A stretch of 64,000 nucleotides of DNA from Vicugna vicugna. Its lineage: Eukaryota. Location of the stretch: contig MU057640.1 of assembly GCA_013265495.1 (NCBI GenBank), forward strand, positions 1,435,303 to 1,499,302. The letters are read 5' to 3'. The translations under genes were made by a program, and so were the position numbers. Shown piece after piece: positions 1-12,828 of this stretch (position 1 is its first letter; every line of letters begins with the position of its first letter). Under the pieces are notes generated by a model. The model ran no database searches. It had not been told where the DNA came from and saw nothing but the letters and a program-made list of their open reading frames with translations.

Positions 1-1288
1 CCTGCTGACAAGCTTAAACTTACATGTGAGCTTAAACTCATATCCCTGAATGCCTGCAACAGGACAATGATTATAGTCAGTGCCGCAGCAGCACAGTCAA
101 CAGCATTTAAAGTTGCTCTGCATTTTCCTTTTTCCCTTGAGATACCCTCTATTATTATGAAATATAAACATAAGCAAAGAAATTTCCTTAAGTAATGATG
201 ACTTGTGGAAGCAAAGTGAACCAGACACGAAGCCTCAAGTCGTCTTCATTTTCAAAAATCTGCACATGGCTAAGTTGTTAGTATAGTTTAAACTCTGCAA
301 GAGGACTTGAGGAAAAAACCCATTAAGTTGAATGAAGTTCCATGAAGCGTGTAGGTAATGCGGCTTTGTACCGTGATGGGAGTAAATCTCGAGGGCTGGG
401 TGTGGCGTCTAAGAGGGTGAGAGGTAAGAAATACATGATTTAGGAGGATATATTAACTAAGAGAAGTTTCACAAGGTCAGGTTCTAGGAAGAGTCCAAAG
501 GCAGAGAGTGGACTGCAGAGGCTCAGGGCATAAGGAAAGGCCCTCGTGGAATGAGTGGCATTAGAAAGGGGCCTTGAAGTCTAGGACAAATTCTACGAAA
601 AGACAATGTCAGAGAGCAAAGGTATGGAGATGAGACAGAGCAGGATGTGAGCAGGAAAGAGACTGGATGTTTCCTATGGGGAATTCTATATATATATATA
701 AGCATTCCTTAGCTGATTCTAAGAGAGCACGAGGGAGCAGAGGGTGGAGAAGCTGTGAGGGGGTGGGAAAGGGTGGGTCACGTGTACCCCGAGGGGCGGG
801 CCCCTCATCGGCCTCAGCTGGCCATCTCGAGCTTGTCTGCATGGGGACAACGATGGAAGGAAAGTCAGCTGGCAAACAGGGTGAACTGCACAAGGAAGAA
901 ACTGCAGGCAGAGGAAGGATACAGTGAGGAGGAAGCTCTAACAGTCTTCAGGCAACAGGCAAAGAGGGCGTGATACAGGGTTAGCAGGGAAAACGGAAGC
1001 CAAAGGAAGAATCATCAGGGAAGTAAAATCTGTAACATGTGCCAACTGATGGAGAAGAGAGATGGGGGAGGAAGAGCCAAGGTTACCCGCCTGTGACTCT
1101 CGGGTCAAGAAAACGGGGCTTGGGGTCTTTGCACTCTATTCCCTTCACTTACAATTTGTTTTCAACTACTGCTTGTGTACGAAACGTCATTTTCCTGTGA
1201 CTTAATATCTAATTTGAGAGAAACAGTTTTTGTTTTGTTTTTTAAATCACAGGAAACGGCGGAACAACTCTCACGCTCCTCCTCCCAC

Positions 1289-1388
1289 AAGGTAACGCTT
1301 GCTGGGGGACAGGAGGCCGTGGGGGTGACTCATGCAGGGGGACAGGGGGCTGCAGGGGTGACGCGTACCAGGGGACAAAGGACTGCAG
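1289..1388. repeat. Diverged minisatellite, about 3 copies of a 33-nt GC-rich unit
   Basis: GGTAACGCTTGCTGGGGGACAGGAGGCCGTGGG / GGTGACTCATGCAGGGGGACAGGGGGCTGCAGG / GGTGACGCGTACCAGGGGACAAAGGACTGCAG. Confidence 0.8.
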
Positions 1389-2139
1389 ACTAGAGGTGTT
1401 TTCATCTGAGACACCCAGACCAGCAATGCTCATCATGGCTAATCCTGCACCACGGACAGACAGCAGCCCGCCTCAAGGAGGCCGGAGCAGATGAGACAAA
1501 GAATGACTCATTTTTATACCTGAATCACTAGGATTATGGATATTTTTGTTAATGAGTTCCAGAAACAAGAGAAGAGTCCACCTAACTCCCTGTGCACTTA
1601 TGCTGCACCCACAGGCCAGGTTTTGTTCATAAACAAACGTGTTTACAAATACATGTAAGGTCCCTTCTTCTTTGTTTAGGATGCACAATGATGATCTCTG
1701 CTGAAGCAAAAGATCTGTTTGTATTTCTATAATCTTGATGCCATTTACTGAAGCTACTGGAGTGTCACTGAGGTGACTGTTTTATTTCTTCTTGATGGAT
1801 TTATTAACAGGAGAAATTAACAGCATGAAAAGTCCCTACAAAGGCCTGAGAACTAAGTCTTAGTTATATATACTCAGTGCACTGCCTTTAGTGGAAAAGA
1901 GTGAAGCGTCCATCCTACAAAGTGCAGGAGCTTTGGACCAGGACCAACACTGAGAGGTATTTCCATTAAAGGACTTCTGTCATTTTATTTCTACAAAAAG
2001 TCTCATAAAGATATTAAAGGTAAACCACACTTAAGGATTAGTTTTATTGGAAAGAAAAAAAAATACACAAAAGTTAGCGGCAATTAATAAAACAAACATT
2101 AGAGAGAGGAAGGAAGGAATAAAGGTGGGAGAGCGCTAT

Positions 2140-2925
2140 TTTAGGCATCAGGCACGTAGTAAGGACCAACTCAGATGGAAGTCCTCACCCTCCCTGAGCT
2201 CACATTCCAGGGGGGGGACACAAAAGGCGCAAAATACGTAAGGCAAATACGTGAGGCAGTGGTAAGTGCTCATGAAAGAGAACAAAGCCTGGGACTGGAT
2301 ATGAAATGGGATACGGGGGAGTAGACATTTTAGATCCAGTGGCTAAGGAAGGCCCCTGTGATTTAGGAGTAAAAGTCAGAAGGAAAAGAGAGCACTGTGG
2401 CCACGAGGTTGCCCGGGGAGAGCACAGGGTACAGAGGCAGAGGGACTGTCCGAGCCCTGAGCCCTGAGGTGGGGGTGCCCCAAGGTTCCCCAGAGGGAAG
2501 GCAGCCAGGGCGGCTGGGAAACACGAAGGGAGGGAGAGTGACGGGAGATGAGGTGGAGAGTCTCCTAGGCTAGCAAGGAGAATGGCTTTTACTTACTTAG
2601 AAGATGGGAAACCATGAAAAGATTTGAACTGAGGAATGGCAGGATCTGGATTGTAGTTCTAAAGGATCCCTGCTAGGCTGAAAGGATGCAGGGCTGAAGG
2701 GCAGAAGCAGCAAGAACAGTTCTCAGGGAAAGATGAGGGTGGCTTGGCCCTGGCAGAGTGGGCTGGGAGAAGTGGCTGAATTCTGGACACATCTGGAAGA
2801 CCAAGTCAACCAGTGTTGCTGACAGGCCAGATGTGGGAGGCAGGAGAGAGGCAGAAGGGAGGAGTGGAGAATGACTTCAAGGTCTCTGGCCCAAACAACT
2901 GTTAACAACAGAGTTGTCATCAGTT
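2140..2925 (-). mobile_element. L2 LINE relic
   Basis: GAGCTCACATTCCAG, GATGGGAAACCATG...AGGATCTGGATT, GAATGACTTCAAGGTCTCTGGCC typical of antisense L2. Confidence 0.7.
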
Positions 2926-4648
2926 AAACATCAATTTGAACGTGAAAACAAGTGGTAATGCTTTTCTGAACCATGAACAGCAGCTGACTTGGATGTTTCG
3001 ATCAGAGGCTAAGGAAACTGACCCAAGAGACCGTCGAATACCCGGGTTGGCAGAAAAAGGGCTGAAGGGCTAGACCACAGAAGTGGTGGGAGGTGCAGGC
3101 AGAGCATCAGAGGCTGAGGGAGGCGAGAGCACAGAGGTGGGAAGAGCAAGTGTGGGTCACCAACCACAGCAGAGGGACCGCGCTCGTCAGGACAGGCATC
3201 ATGCAGGGGAGAGAGGCTGGGACCAGATGCAGCGCGCCGGCCAAGCAAGCTGGAAGGGACAGTTGTGGAGACCAGAGACAGGATCTGAGAAAGTGCCGAT
3301 TTAGAGGACTTCAACCCCCTTCACGAAGGATGATAGGACGATGGCAAAAAGAGAAACTACAATGGATAAAAACCACAGAAAAGGGAAAATATGACAAGGA
3401 CCTAAACCAGAGGGGCCTTGGGAGGGGAAAAAAGATAAGGACAGGAAGGACAAAAACAGGTGGGAGTAAGGTAACGGAGGCTCGCAGATATCCAGTAGGA
3501 CATGGGAAGCCAGAAAGGAGCAACTACCTACATCCACGTTCAAACGCACAGTGCGTTCTCCATGATTTTCCTGTGCAACAAAAGAATCTACCCGGCTTCA
3601 CGGAGCCGTTGAGCTCTGGCGTGGAGAAAAAGGACACTGGAATGTGTGTGTTCACTTCTCTCTGGCTTCTATACACAACACATTTGATATCAAAGTCATG
3701 CCTTCAAATATCCTATTTCTAATTTCCCCAGAGTTCAAGCTGAGGAGCAATGACTAAGTGAAGCCAACCCCTGCAACCTGCCTTGTATTCAATGGGGGAA
3801 ATGAAGCCAAATGCCCTATTTAAACTAGATTCAAAACCATTATTTTCTAGATACCTCAAGGGGGGATTAGGCATTAACGCGTAACAACAACCCTAATGTG
3901 ATCTGGCTCGAAAAGGCAGTGACTTGATTGCTGGCACAGCGACATGTATGTTTAGAAAGAAGATAAAGGGACACAAAAACCTCACAGTCCCAAACTTGTT
4001 CATGAATTTAAAAAAAAAAAAGCTTTGTTGACTGTTTTTTCTTTGACCTGAATTTCATCTGAAAATAAAAACTCACATATTACATGTACTTAGGATTCCT
4101 AAAGAGCTCCAAGAACCGGTTTTACCCACAATGAGAGAGACTCTGGTTCAAATAGTCTGCACTTTAGGCCTCAGAGAATAGCTCTAAGACAGTACAGTGA
4201 AAATGCAAGAAGAGGGTCCCCTTCTTTTTTCCTGGGTCAAGGAACATCCTAAGCAATAGTTTGGAAAAGTGAGTTAAGTCTTAGGTGACCCTCTCTGGCT
4301 CCTCGTGCTGGCTCGATGCCTTCTGGCTGCCCAAGTAGGAAATGCAATATTCAATTTGGGATTCTGAGATCTCCAGTTTCCCTGGGTCATGCTTAATGGA
4401 CATATCTTTCTGTGAATCAAAACTCCCATTCATTTACAGCATCTCTCCAGAGCTACATGGAAAGAAAGGATCCAGATCAAACCATTAAGTCCACCCCCAT
4501 CACCACCAGAATGAATGAAAGGGGTCTTTGTTTATTATAAAGACATTTGTAACCGTGTGCTATTAAATTTAATTGCTTCGCTACTGTTTCTCCTCTATTT
4601 TTTTTCTCACTTCAATTAAGGCTCAAGTCTTTCTCATGTGCAACTTAC

Positions 4649-4779
4649 CTCACTGGTTCTAAAAATTATTCGGTAGTTGTACGGAGCTCCATTTTCTTTC
4701 GTTTCTTCCGGTTTTTCCCTTCGAATGCTCACAGCCACTGGACCAAGATTCTCATCGGCCCCAAAATAGTTCCAGTGTT
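4649..4779 (-). CDS. SIPA1L1: SIPA1L1 next constitutive coding exon (131 nt), (E)[43 protein letters not shown]
   Basis: Not in the ORF track; read manually. Acceptor ttttgtcttattttaccgaAG|AA, donor GAG|GTAAGT. G+AA restores Glu in frame with the upstream exon, and the peptide is the known continuation of SIPA1L1 towards the RapGAP domain. Confidence 0.95.
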
Positions 4780-5118
4780 CTTCGGTAAAATAAGACAAAA
4801 CAAAATTAGAACATTTATGTAATGCCTAAAAATGTTATATTCTGCTTGATGTTTAGATCAGTCAGAAATTACTCTATATCAATAAAATGTAAACACATTT
4901 AACCAAGATTAATGTTCTTCAGTGAATTATAAAAATACAGACTTAGCTACACAGGTTTAGTCTCAGAGGAAGTAAGACTGAACAGAGGTGGCCTGTTGAG
5001 TTTTCTTTACTCCTCTGTAACTTACTACTCTACTATTTTTTTAAACAGATATCAGTGTTTTCTCCCTATATTTTTTCGTTTAAATAGGCTACTTTGTGTC
5101 AGGACATCTTAGTTTTTC

Positions 5119-5266
5119 TTTTTTCTGCTGTTGTTGTTTATTTTTGTTTTATGAGGGGGAGGTAATTAGGTTCATTTATTTCTATTTGGAGGCGATAATG
5201 GGGATTGAACCCAGGACCTCGTGCATGCTACGCATGAGCTCTAGCCCTTGAGTTATACCCTCCCCT
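5119..5266 (-). mobile_element. tRNA-derived SINE, Vic-1-like (camelid), long-tail form
   Basis: Reverse complement of GGGGAGGGTATAACTCAAGGG...GGTTCAATCCCC head plus A-rich tail; TSD ATCTTAG(T/C)TTTTC at 5106-5118 and 5268-5280. Confidence 0.85.
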
Positions 5267-6899
5267 GATCTTAGCTTTTCTAAAAACCACCACCACCACA
5301 AAACCGCTAAACCTACTGGGAATAGAATTTGAGGACAGAGGGGTGGTTCCCCCTGCCGTCCGCCGATTAAAACAGCTTTCCCTGGACTGGAGAGAGGAGC
5401 AAGGTTGGTGGGTCACTGAGGAGCCCTCTGCTCCCATGGAGCCCAAGGAAGACGGAGTGTGAGCTTGAAGGAAAGAGCTTCAGAGTGCCCCGGGTGGGGC
5501 AGAAGCCCAGACCTAGGGCTCTGGGCATCACCAGTGGTCCCCATGTGGCAAGTACAAAAACCATCCCACAGAGCCACTGACCCTGGAGAGATGTGAAGGC
5601 TGGGATAACAGGCCTCCCACAGGCAACCACTGTGGCCAGGTGACTGATGATGATTTAGCGGCCTCTATTCAATGTGTGGCATTGCTCCAGACCCCAAATC
5701 TTATTAGCACAACCTTGGGGGCTGGGGGAACATGTCCAAATGACTGGGGTTGAATTTATCTTCCTCTTAACAAGGTAGATCAGAATCAAAGTTAAATTAA
5801 TTTTCAGAAAATTTAAAAAGTGATATTGACTGTACACCTAAGTATGTACTTCTTTAAAAAAAAATTTAACTGGTTGGCACACACATGAGATGCTCACAGT
5901 TGGGGAAGTCCATAAAACAGAAATACAGGAAAAGCTAGAGTAGATAACTTATTTTTCAAACCTCCAAAAATACTTACTTTACGGTGTCCTATTTCATTTA
6001 CACGTGACGTGGTTAAATGACCACACTGCAACGTGGTAGATTATTACCATACAACATGCATAGATATTTGAAAATACATATTATTCCCATACAAAATATG
6101 TATTTGAAAATCCATGAGAATAACAAGAAATAACAGCATAAGTGGTCTAATCATGTCATTTTAAAATTTAGGTGTAATATATCTGAAAATACTTTGCAAG
6201 GACTAAAGCACAATTATAAAAAATAGGATTGTAAATATCCTGGGTGCTCTAAGAATATTATCATAATCCATGGAAATTCAGGAAAACCACAATGAGAATA
6301 CAGACAACAAACATCCCATGTATGGACAGCTGAGAAACAAACCAATAAATGTCACAAAACTCACGTACACACACTCATGTGCACCCTCGAAGCACATTTA
6401 CTCTTACTTTGCACATAATGTTAATAAGCGTGGCTGTCTGGTCTTCAAGCCCACAGCTTGATTTCAGAGGAGCGATAATTCCAGATGTTGACAAAGTCCA
6501 GAGTGTAGGGCTGACAGAGACTTGCATGCAGAAAGCAATGGGATAGGACAACTGACAACAAGGAAGAAAACAGAAAGGGAGGAGACAGAAATAGTATAAA
6601 AAAGCAGACAGGAACTTAAAGAGAAATCAGACAGCTGTCTGGGGCCATTTACTGAAGGAGCCAAGAGCTTAACACACTGCCATTAACTTCAGAGAACATT
6701 TTAATCCTGCAGCCCAGAACACCAGTAGATGTGTCAAAGATGAGTGTCACATTCGTTATATCCTGTTCCCTGCGCTTCCCAGACTCCACTGAAACCCAGC
6801 TTTATAGAAACTCCTCAAACACATCCCCATGGACCTCAGGAAGGGCAGGGGAGATCGCTGTTCTCTGCTGCTGGAGAAATTCACCGAGAACAGGGAGCT

Positions 6900-7103
6900 A
6901 TCAATTATCACCAACAACCTCGACTCATCCTCAAGCCGTCCTTAGTCATCTCGTGCTCCCCTTCTCTGCAGCAGATACTTTAAAGGGTCTCCGTTCTCCT
7001 TTCAAACCCCTCCACTGACCTTCTCCTCCATCTCAGCAGATAACACTGTCCATGTCACAAAACAAAGAGCCACTTCAGAAGTAACTGTCTTTGTTTTCCA
7101 CCA

Positions 7104-7142
<39 letters not shown>

Positions 7143-8290
7143 TACCTGGATCCAGGCTTTTGCTTCCTTCCCTTTACAATCTAAACCCAATCTCCCCCTA
7201 AATTCTGGCCTCCACTCATTCCACCTCCCCAGGGACTCTGATGCCTCATCACCCTTCTTCTTTAAGCACAGCACTTACCCTCAACTCCTTATCAACCTTC
7301 AGGTTATCTCCTTTTTCTTTTCTTCCATTGGAAACTTCTTGAAAGAGATGCCTAATTCTTCACTTTAGGATGACTATAATCTGTTACTATTGCAAAGCCA
7401 CCAATGACAGCCTTACAGTTAAAACAAATATAACTTCTGGTCCTTACCTCGCTCAAACTCTCCGTAACTGGCACAGCTGCTCATTTCGGTTTTTTTCTAG
7501 AAACACTCTTCCTGGCTCCTCTGACACCACTCTCTCCTGATTTTCCTTCCACCACTTTGGCTCTGCTGGCTCAATTTCCCCTCCTCTTCCCATCTCGAAT
7601 ATTCCATCCACTCTCAGAACGTCCACTGCCATCTCAATGGTGATGACTCTCAGGAGTCTACGTGCCCGCTCCGGGCCTCTCTAAGCACCAGATCATTACA
7701 TCGACCTAATGGGACCCTATTCGCTTGGTTCCATGGCATCTGCAAAAGTGAATCCATCATCTTCCCCACAAAGCTATATAGCCCTTCCTGCAACCCCAAT
7801 TTCAGCAACGGCTACCGCATTCCTCTAGTTGCTCACTCCAGACCCACTGTCACGCCCTGTGAATTCTAGATCCTAAACAGCTCTCAAATTCACCGACTTC
7901 TCCATTCCACTGGCATTGACTTACATCATCATTTGCCTGGATGTCTGCGAATCTTCTAACTGACTGGCTTTTACCAATTCCTTTACATAGCAGCCAGATG
8001 ATCCTTTTAAAATGCAAACCTGCCCACCACTATGAGGTGTAAAACCCTCCTCTGGATACTTCTCGTGGCTTCCCAAAGGCCCTCACAGCCTGTCACCAGC
8101 CTGTCACTCCAGTTTCAACCTGGACTTTTCCATCGTCCTTCTGAATTGTGAGAACCAACCGTACCAAACTTCTCAAGTCACTATGCCCCTTCTCACCTGA
8201 AATACAACCTAGAGCATTCTTCCCACAACTCCTCTTTATTTGACTAAGTCTCATCCTTTAGGTCTCATCTGAGACAGTATTTAGACACCC
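6900..8290 (+). mobile_element. L2 LINE relic
   Basis: C/T-rich strand with GACACCACTCTCTCCTGATTTTCC, GATGACTCTCAGG, GCAGCCAGATGATCCTTTTAAAATGCAAA. Confidence 0.7.
7105..7139. repeat. (CA)17 microsatellite
   Basis: Perfect dinucleotide run. Confidence 0.98.
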
Positions 8291-8299
8291 TCCAAAAGA

Positions 8300-9200
8300 G
8301 TGATTGAATATTGGAGCAAAATGAACGTGTGTACTTTGACTATTAATGCTAACGCTTTATTTAAAAATGTTAAGCCTTCATAAAAATACACACTAGGGAA
8401 ACTGAATATTTCACATATTTCAACTACAAAAATGTTACAACAGAAAAATGTAAATTTATAAAAATACAAACATTAAACACGATCATTTTAGTATAAATTG
8501 ACACATACAATACTACGTCATTATTTCAAAAAGAAACTAAATGCTACACAGAAATAAAGGTGGTTAATTAAAAAAAATTAAAGAGCATTTAAACATTCTG
8601 GTGTGTCATCAACCTTTGGCTACATTTTTATGCAGTTTTTCCCAGCTGCTGAAGAAGTCCGTTTCTGAGCTGGGGGAATGCTGATGAGATAATTATACAC
8701 TAACTTCTAACACTTTCTTCAGACTCTGTCTTCAAATAAACCCATCTCTAGTTTGATAACTGTGGGAAGATCTTTGAAAAACTTCTATGTGTGTTTGCAC
8801 AGAAATAGCAATCTATTTTTTTTTTTTACTGAAAAAGAACTCTAGCCATTAGTTCTGGGAAAGCATTTCCATTTGGCCTTCATTTACTTCAGTTTCATCA
8901 GCATAGATGGAGATTCTGGTCTGGTTTCCTGTGTCAAATTCATTACTGTCATGATCAGACTCTGCTTGTTCAAAAAGTCTTTCAACTTGAGTAGGAATTA
9001 TTCTTACAATAGAAGCCTTGTTTTTCCATCCACCATCCTTTTTTTTTTCCTGTTCCTCAGGATTACAGAAGTATAGGAGGAAAAAAATCCTTTCTACATG
9101 AACACAACTCTATTCATTCCAGAATCTGAATGCAGTGTGTAACTCTCTGATAGAGGAGTTTGGTTCAGCAAGTTACCTTAAATTGAATTTTTGAGTCCTT
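8300..9200 (-). mobile_element. Fossil hAT transposase C-terminal region (dimerisation domain) with stops
   Basis: 8775->8581 reads in one frame KDLPTVIKLEMGLFEDRV*RKC*KLVYNYLISIPPAQKRTSSAAGKNCIKM*PKVDDT, resembling the hAT motif YLxIPxTSxxSERxFSxAG. Confidence 0.55.
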
Positions 9201-9769
9201 AAACTTTGATCTCAAGACAAAAGACTTATTTTTTTTTTTAAATTAAAATATCAGCCTTTTAGGGGTATCCTGAGTCTGCTCCTTCTGGCCACTCTTGCCT
9301 CTGCCTGCCCTTCAGTTTCACTGGACTGCAGTGCCTTCCTCTGGGGAACACAGGCTCCAGGCTGCAGCACATTTTATTTCATGCACCCGGCCATCTACCT
9401 CCGCCCTTTGCTAGTGGTGCTATCCGTCAGCTGCAGAGAGCACAGCCAGACCCACAATCAGCTTTGTCTTTTGGGAGGTGGAGGAGCAGAAGAGGGAAGA
9501 AGGGTATGAGGATGGGGGAGATGGAGATAGTAAGTGTTAAAGAAAGCCCAGGACACCTTTGATGATGAAAGTTGGAGGAAGGAAAGGGGAAGGAAAAGAG
9601 GAGTTGGAGACTCAAGAAGTGTGGACGAATCTGCTGATGGATGAACTGAAACAGAGGTATTACACCACCCAAAATAATGATATTCTCATGCCAGCAAACT
9701 GGAATGCCAAGAACCAGCACTGCGATCACGCCATTAGAATGACAAAACGCAGCGAAGTGAGGCGCTCGG

Positions 9770-9950
9770 CCAAGCACTCTATCTGATGTTCACATCAACC
9801 ACGAAAAGGCAGGCACTGCCGTCTTTTCCACAGATGTGGCAGCTATGATTTAGAGAGTAAGCCACCTCCCAGCCACAACTAGTCAACAGTGATACCAGGA
9901 TTCAAACATCGCTTTAAGTACTGATTCCCAAGCTCATTTTCGTAGCCATT
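9770..9950 (-). mobile_element. MIR SINE
   Basis: CACAGATGTGGCAGCTATG...ACAACTAGTCAACAGTGATACCAGGATTCAAAC, antisense MIR core. Confidence 0.6.
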
Positions 9951-12400
9951 ATATACAACGTTATCTTCTAAAATTGTATCACAAATAAAAAACAGCTAAA
10001 TAAAATCTGATGCCAAAATGGATTAACTAGCCAGTTCACACACAAGATGTGGCCCAGGTTTCACGGTGTTTATAGGGAGAAATGCTCATGTTTTATCCAT
10101 TTGTGGTAGAGTCCCTCCACCTTCATTTTTAACCTTTAACAGCGAAACAAATTTTTTAGCCTGAAGTTTTCTTATTAGTTCCGGTTCCTGAGTTTTACAA
10201 ACAGTTCAGGTTAGTAGTTCCGCTGTCTCTAGAACATTCCACACGAATATCCCTGTTTTTGGTTGACACTGTCCCAATAACAAGAAAAATTTTCACATTC
10301 TTAGAGAAGGGACATAGTGAGGAGTTCAAAGCTCCAAGTAATTAGATCAAGTACAGTCATGTCACGCAGTTATGAGATGCAGGTAAGTATGTCTACACAA
10401 AGCAAAAAATAAATAAATAAATAAAACCCTGGCATTTTAATTGTAAAGAAGAAAAGGAAAATAAAATCACAAGAGGTACAGGGCTTCAACCAGCCATTTT
10501 TGGATTGCTTGTCTTGGTTTTCATGAGATTTGCAGGCTTCACATTAATATTTCAGTTGTACATTTCCCTAGAGGCCAGCATAATCTGGGCTGTATATAAT
10601 TGTGACCAAAATACATGTTTTCTTTTTTATAAATAATTTGTAAAGTTATCATTCATGGCTCAAAATCTCTCTGTAGAATCGTCCATTTAGAAATGCAAAA
10701 AGGGAAAACAGACTGATAAACACAGATCAAAGAAACGGAAAGCAAGTAAAACTTAGCTACTATCTCAGGCCTCACAAAATTAGCAACATTTCTGAAGTGA
10801 AAAATTGTCCTTGGTAGGGCTAGAATATATCCCTACACTGCTGGTGGCACTGTGAATCGGTAACCGCCAACCGTTTTAGAAAGCATTACAGCATTATTAT
10901 TATAAATGGTAAAGTGACAAAATGTTCGCATGCTAATCTTAATCACCCTAACTGACCATGCAGAAAGAGAAGTAAACACTCTTCCATTTCTTCTAGAAAA
11001 GGCATCTTAAGTCACGTATGATGGGGGTACTAAAGCTACCACGACCAGGCAGACAGACGTGGGCCTCACAGATCAGCACGTCAAAGGATGGAACAATGAC
11101 AATTCAGCTTTACTGGCTGGAACTAAAATTATTTTTCACCATTTTCCATATTTTAAACTATTTTCTTCTTAAAAGAGTCTACTTGGTGGGCTATGCGTGT
11201 GCCACTGTCAGAGTGGTCAGCACTGTGAACTCTGACCATCAGTATTTTCATCAGACAGAAGAATCTGGATGGAACTAGGAAAACCACTCACCGCAGCACA
11301 CGATTCTATAAAGCTGCTTATCTCTGCCTATTGAGTTCAATTTGTTCAGCTGTTTTGTTTTCGTGCAACTCATTATATCTAAATATGACTAGAAACTAGG
11401 TTAGAGAGAGAGGACAGATCTAAAAGGCAGAATTCAACAAAAAGGAAAAAAAAAACAAGAAAAAAGCAGCAGCAACAGCATAGTCTGCTTTAAAAACGAA
11501 AACACAGGTTTGCCAAAGTGCAGGTAATGAGGGTCCAACCCTTTAAAGAAGGGCTCTTACCGAGAAGTGCCCTACTCAGAGGTTCTGTCTCTGGTCCCCA
11601 AAGGGCTTGTTCTAATTATAAGGGTGGAGGTTCCATGAGAACTAAACAGCCCAGGATTTTGCATCATAATCAAAAGCAGGTCAGAGTAATAGATGGGGAC
11701 ACTTACACAGGACTGGCCACAGGCCAGAATTCTGTCCCAAAGCACACCACTAAGCTTATAATTATTGTTGCATAAGGGTAATTGCCCACATTTACAAAGT
11801 ACACAGTACTCTGAAGTTCCAACTCTTTCCATAGGTAACTCTTAAAAAGTAGGGTGGTCTATTTGCCAAAATTACATGAAGTTGTGAGGCTTAAAACTCT
11901 ACGTGGCTAAGCAGCCCCCAGTAGCCCCCCAGCCTGCCAATAAAAAGTAGACTTTAATACGAAGTAAGGCTGACATTCACAAATTGCACCCAAATGACTA
12001 AAGAAAAAAGTACAAAGAAAACTCTACTTGAAACAAAGGGAAAACAAAGAATATCAAAATCAAAATGGGAGATTTTTAATTGGCCATTACCTAAGACAAA
12101 TTGCCAATAATTATACAGTATAATCTCACTAGTGATTAAAGAAATGAAAATGTCTTTGGCCTACACTAAATGTTCAAAAAATAAAAACAGTGAACATTCA
12201 AAGAAGGCAAGAAAATGTGAAGCTACACAGTCTTAAAATACCAGTTGGACCTTTCTGGTCAAAGCTCTCTTAAGAGCAATCTGGAAATAAAAATCAAGGC
12301 TCCTGTAAAGTTCACACCATTTCATTTACAAGGCTCTACTTTATGTAGACAATTGGACATGTGGGGGGAAAGTTACATAACAAGATCATTTATGTAAGGT

Positions 12401-12828
12401 CAGGGGTTTTTAAACTTGTCTATAAATAGAAATTGGGGGGTCTAGGGACTTGAACAAAAAATTTAGCCCTTTATTTTCTCTAACTTTTAAATGAAATGTA
12501 GCATTTCCAACCACTATAAATGGAGGCAATGAACTACAATAAATATGAGCTGTACATGTGACTTTGACACCAACAGAAATCATAGATATTTTCGTATCAC
12601 AGTGCAGTTGCTACAGATACATCAACATATCCGTTATGCTCAGCACGACTTAGAAATTATGGTAGTTATCAGATGGATGCTAGACTTACTGCAATAAGAA
12701 GCATCTAGATGAGTAAATCACAAAATTTTAAACTCTCTTGCAAGACAGTATTTTAATACCTAAACTTTAATCACTAAACTGCCTAAGGGGTCAATGGGGT
12801 GGGGGGAGGGGAACCTTAGGAAGTTCTG
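12401..12828 (+). mobile_element. hAT-Charlie non-autonomous DNA transposon (Charlie4a-like) inside an old L1 relic
   Basis: Starts CAGGGGTTTTTAAAC, ends TTAGGAAGTTCTG (decayed TIRs); internal TGTGACTTTGACACCAACAGAAATCATAGATATTTTC matches the recalled consensus; ATGTAA on both flanks. Confidence 0.75.

Noticed and set aside
3093..3722. 209-aa plus-strand ORF
   Set aside because: Purine-rich sequence adjoining an L2 relic; no domain similarity or exon structure.
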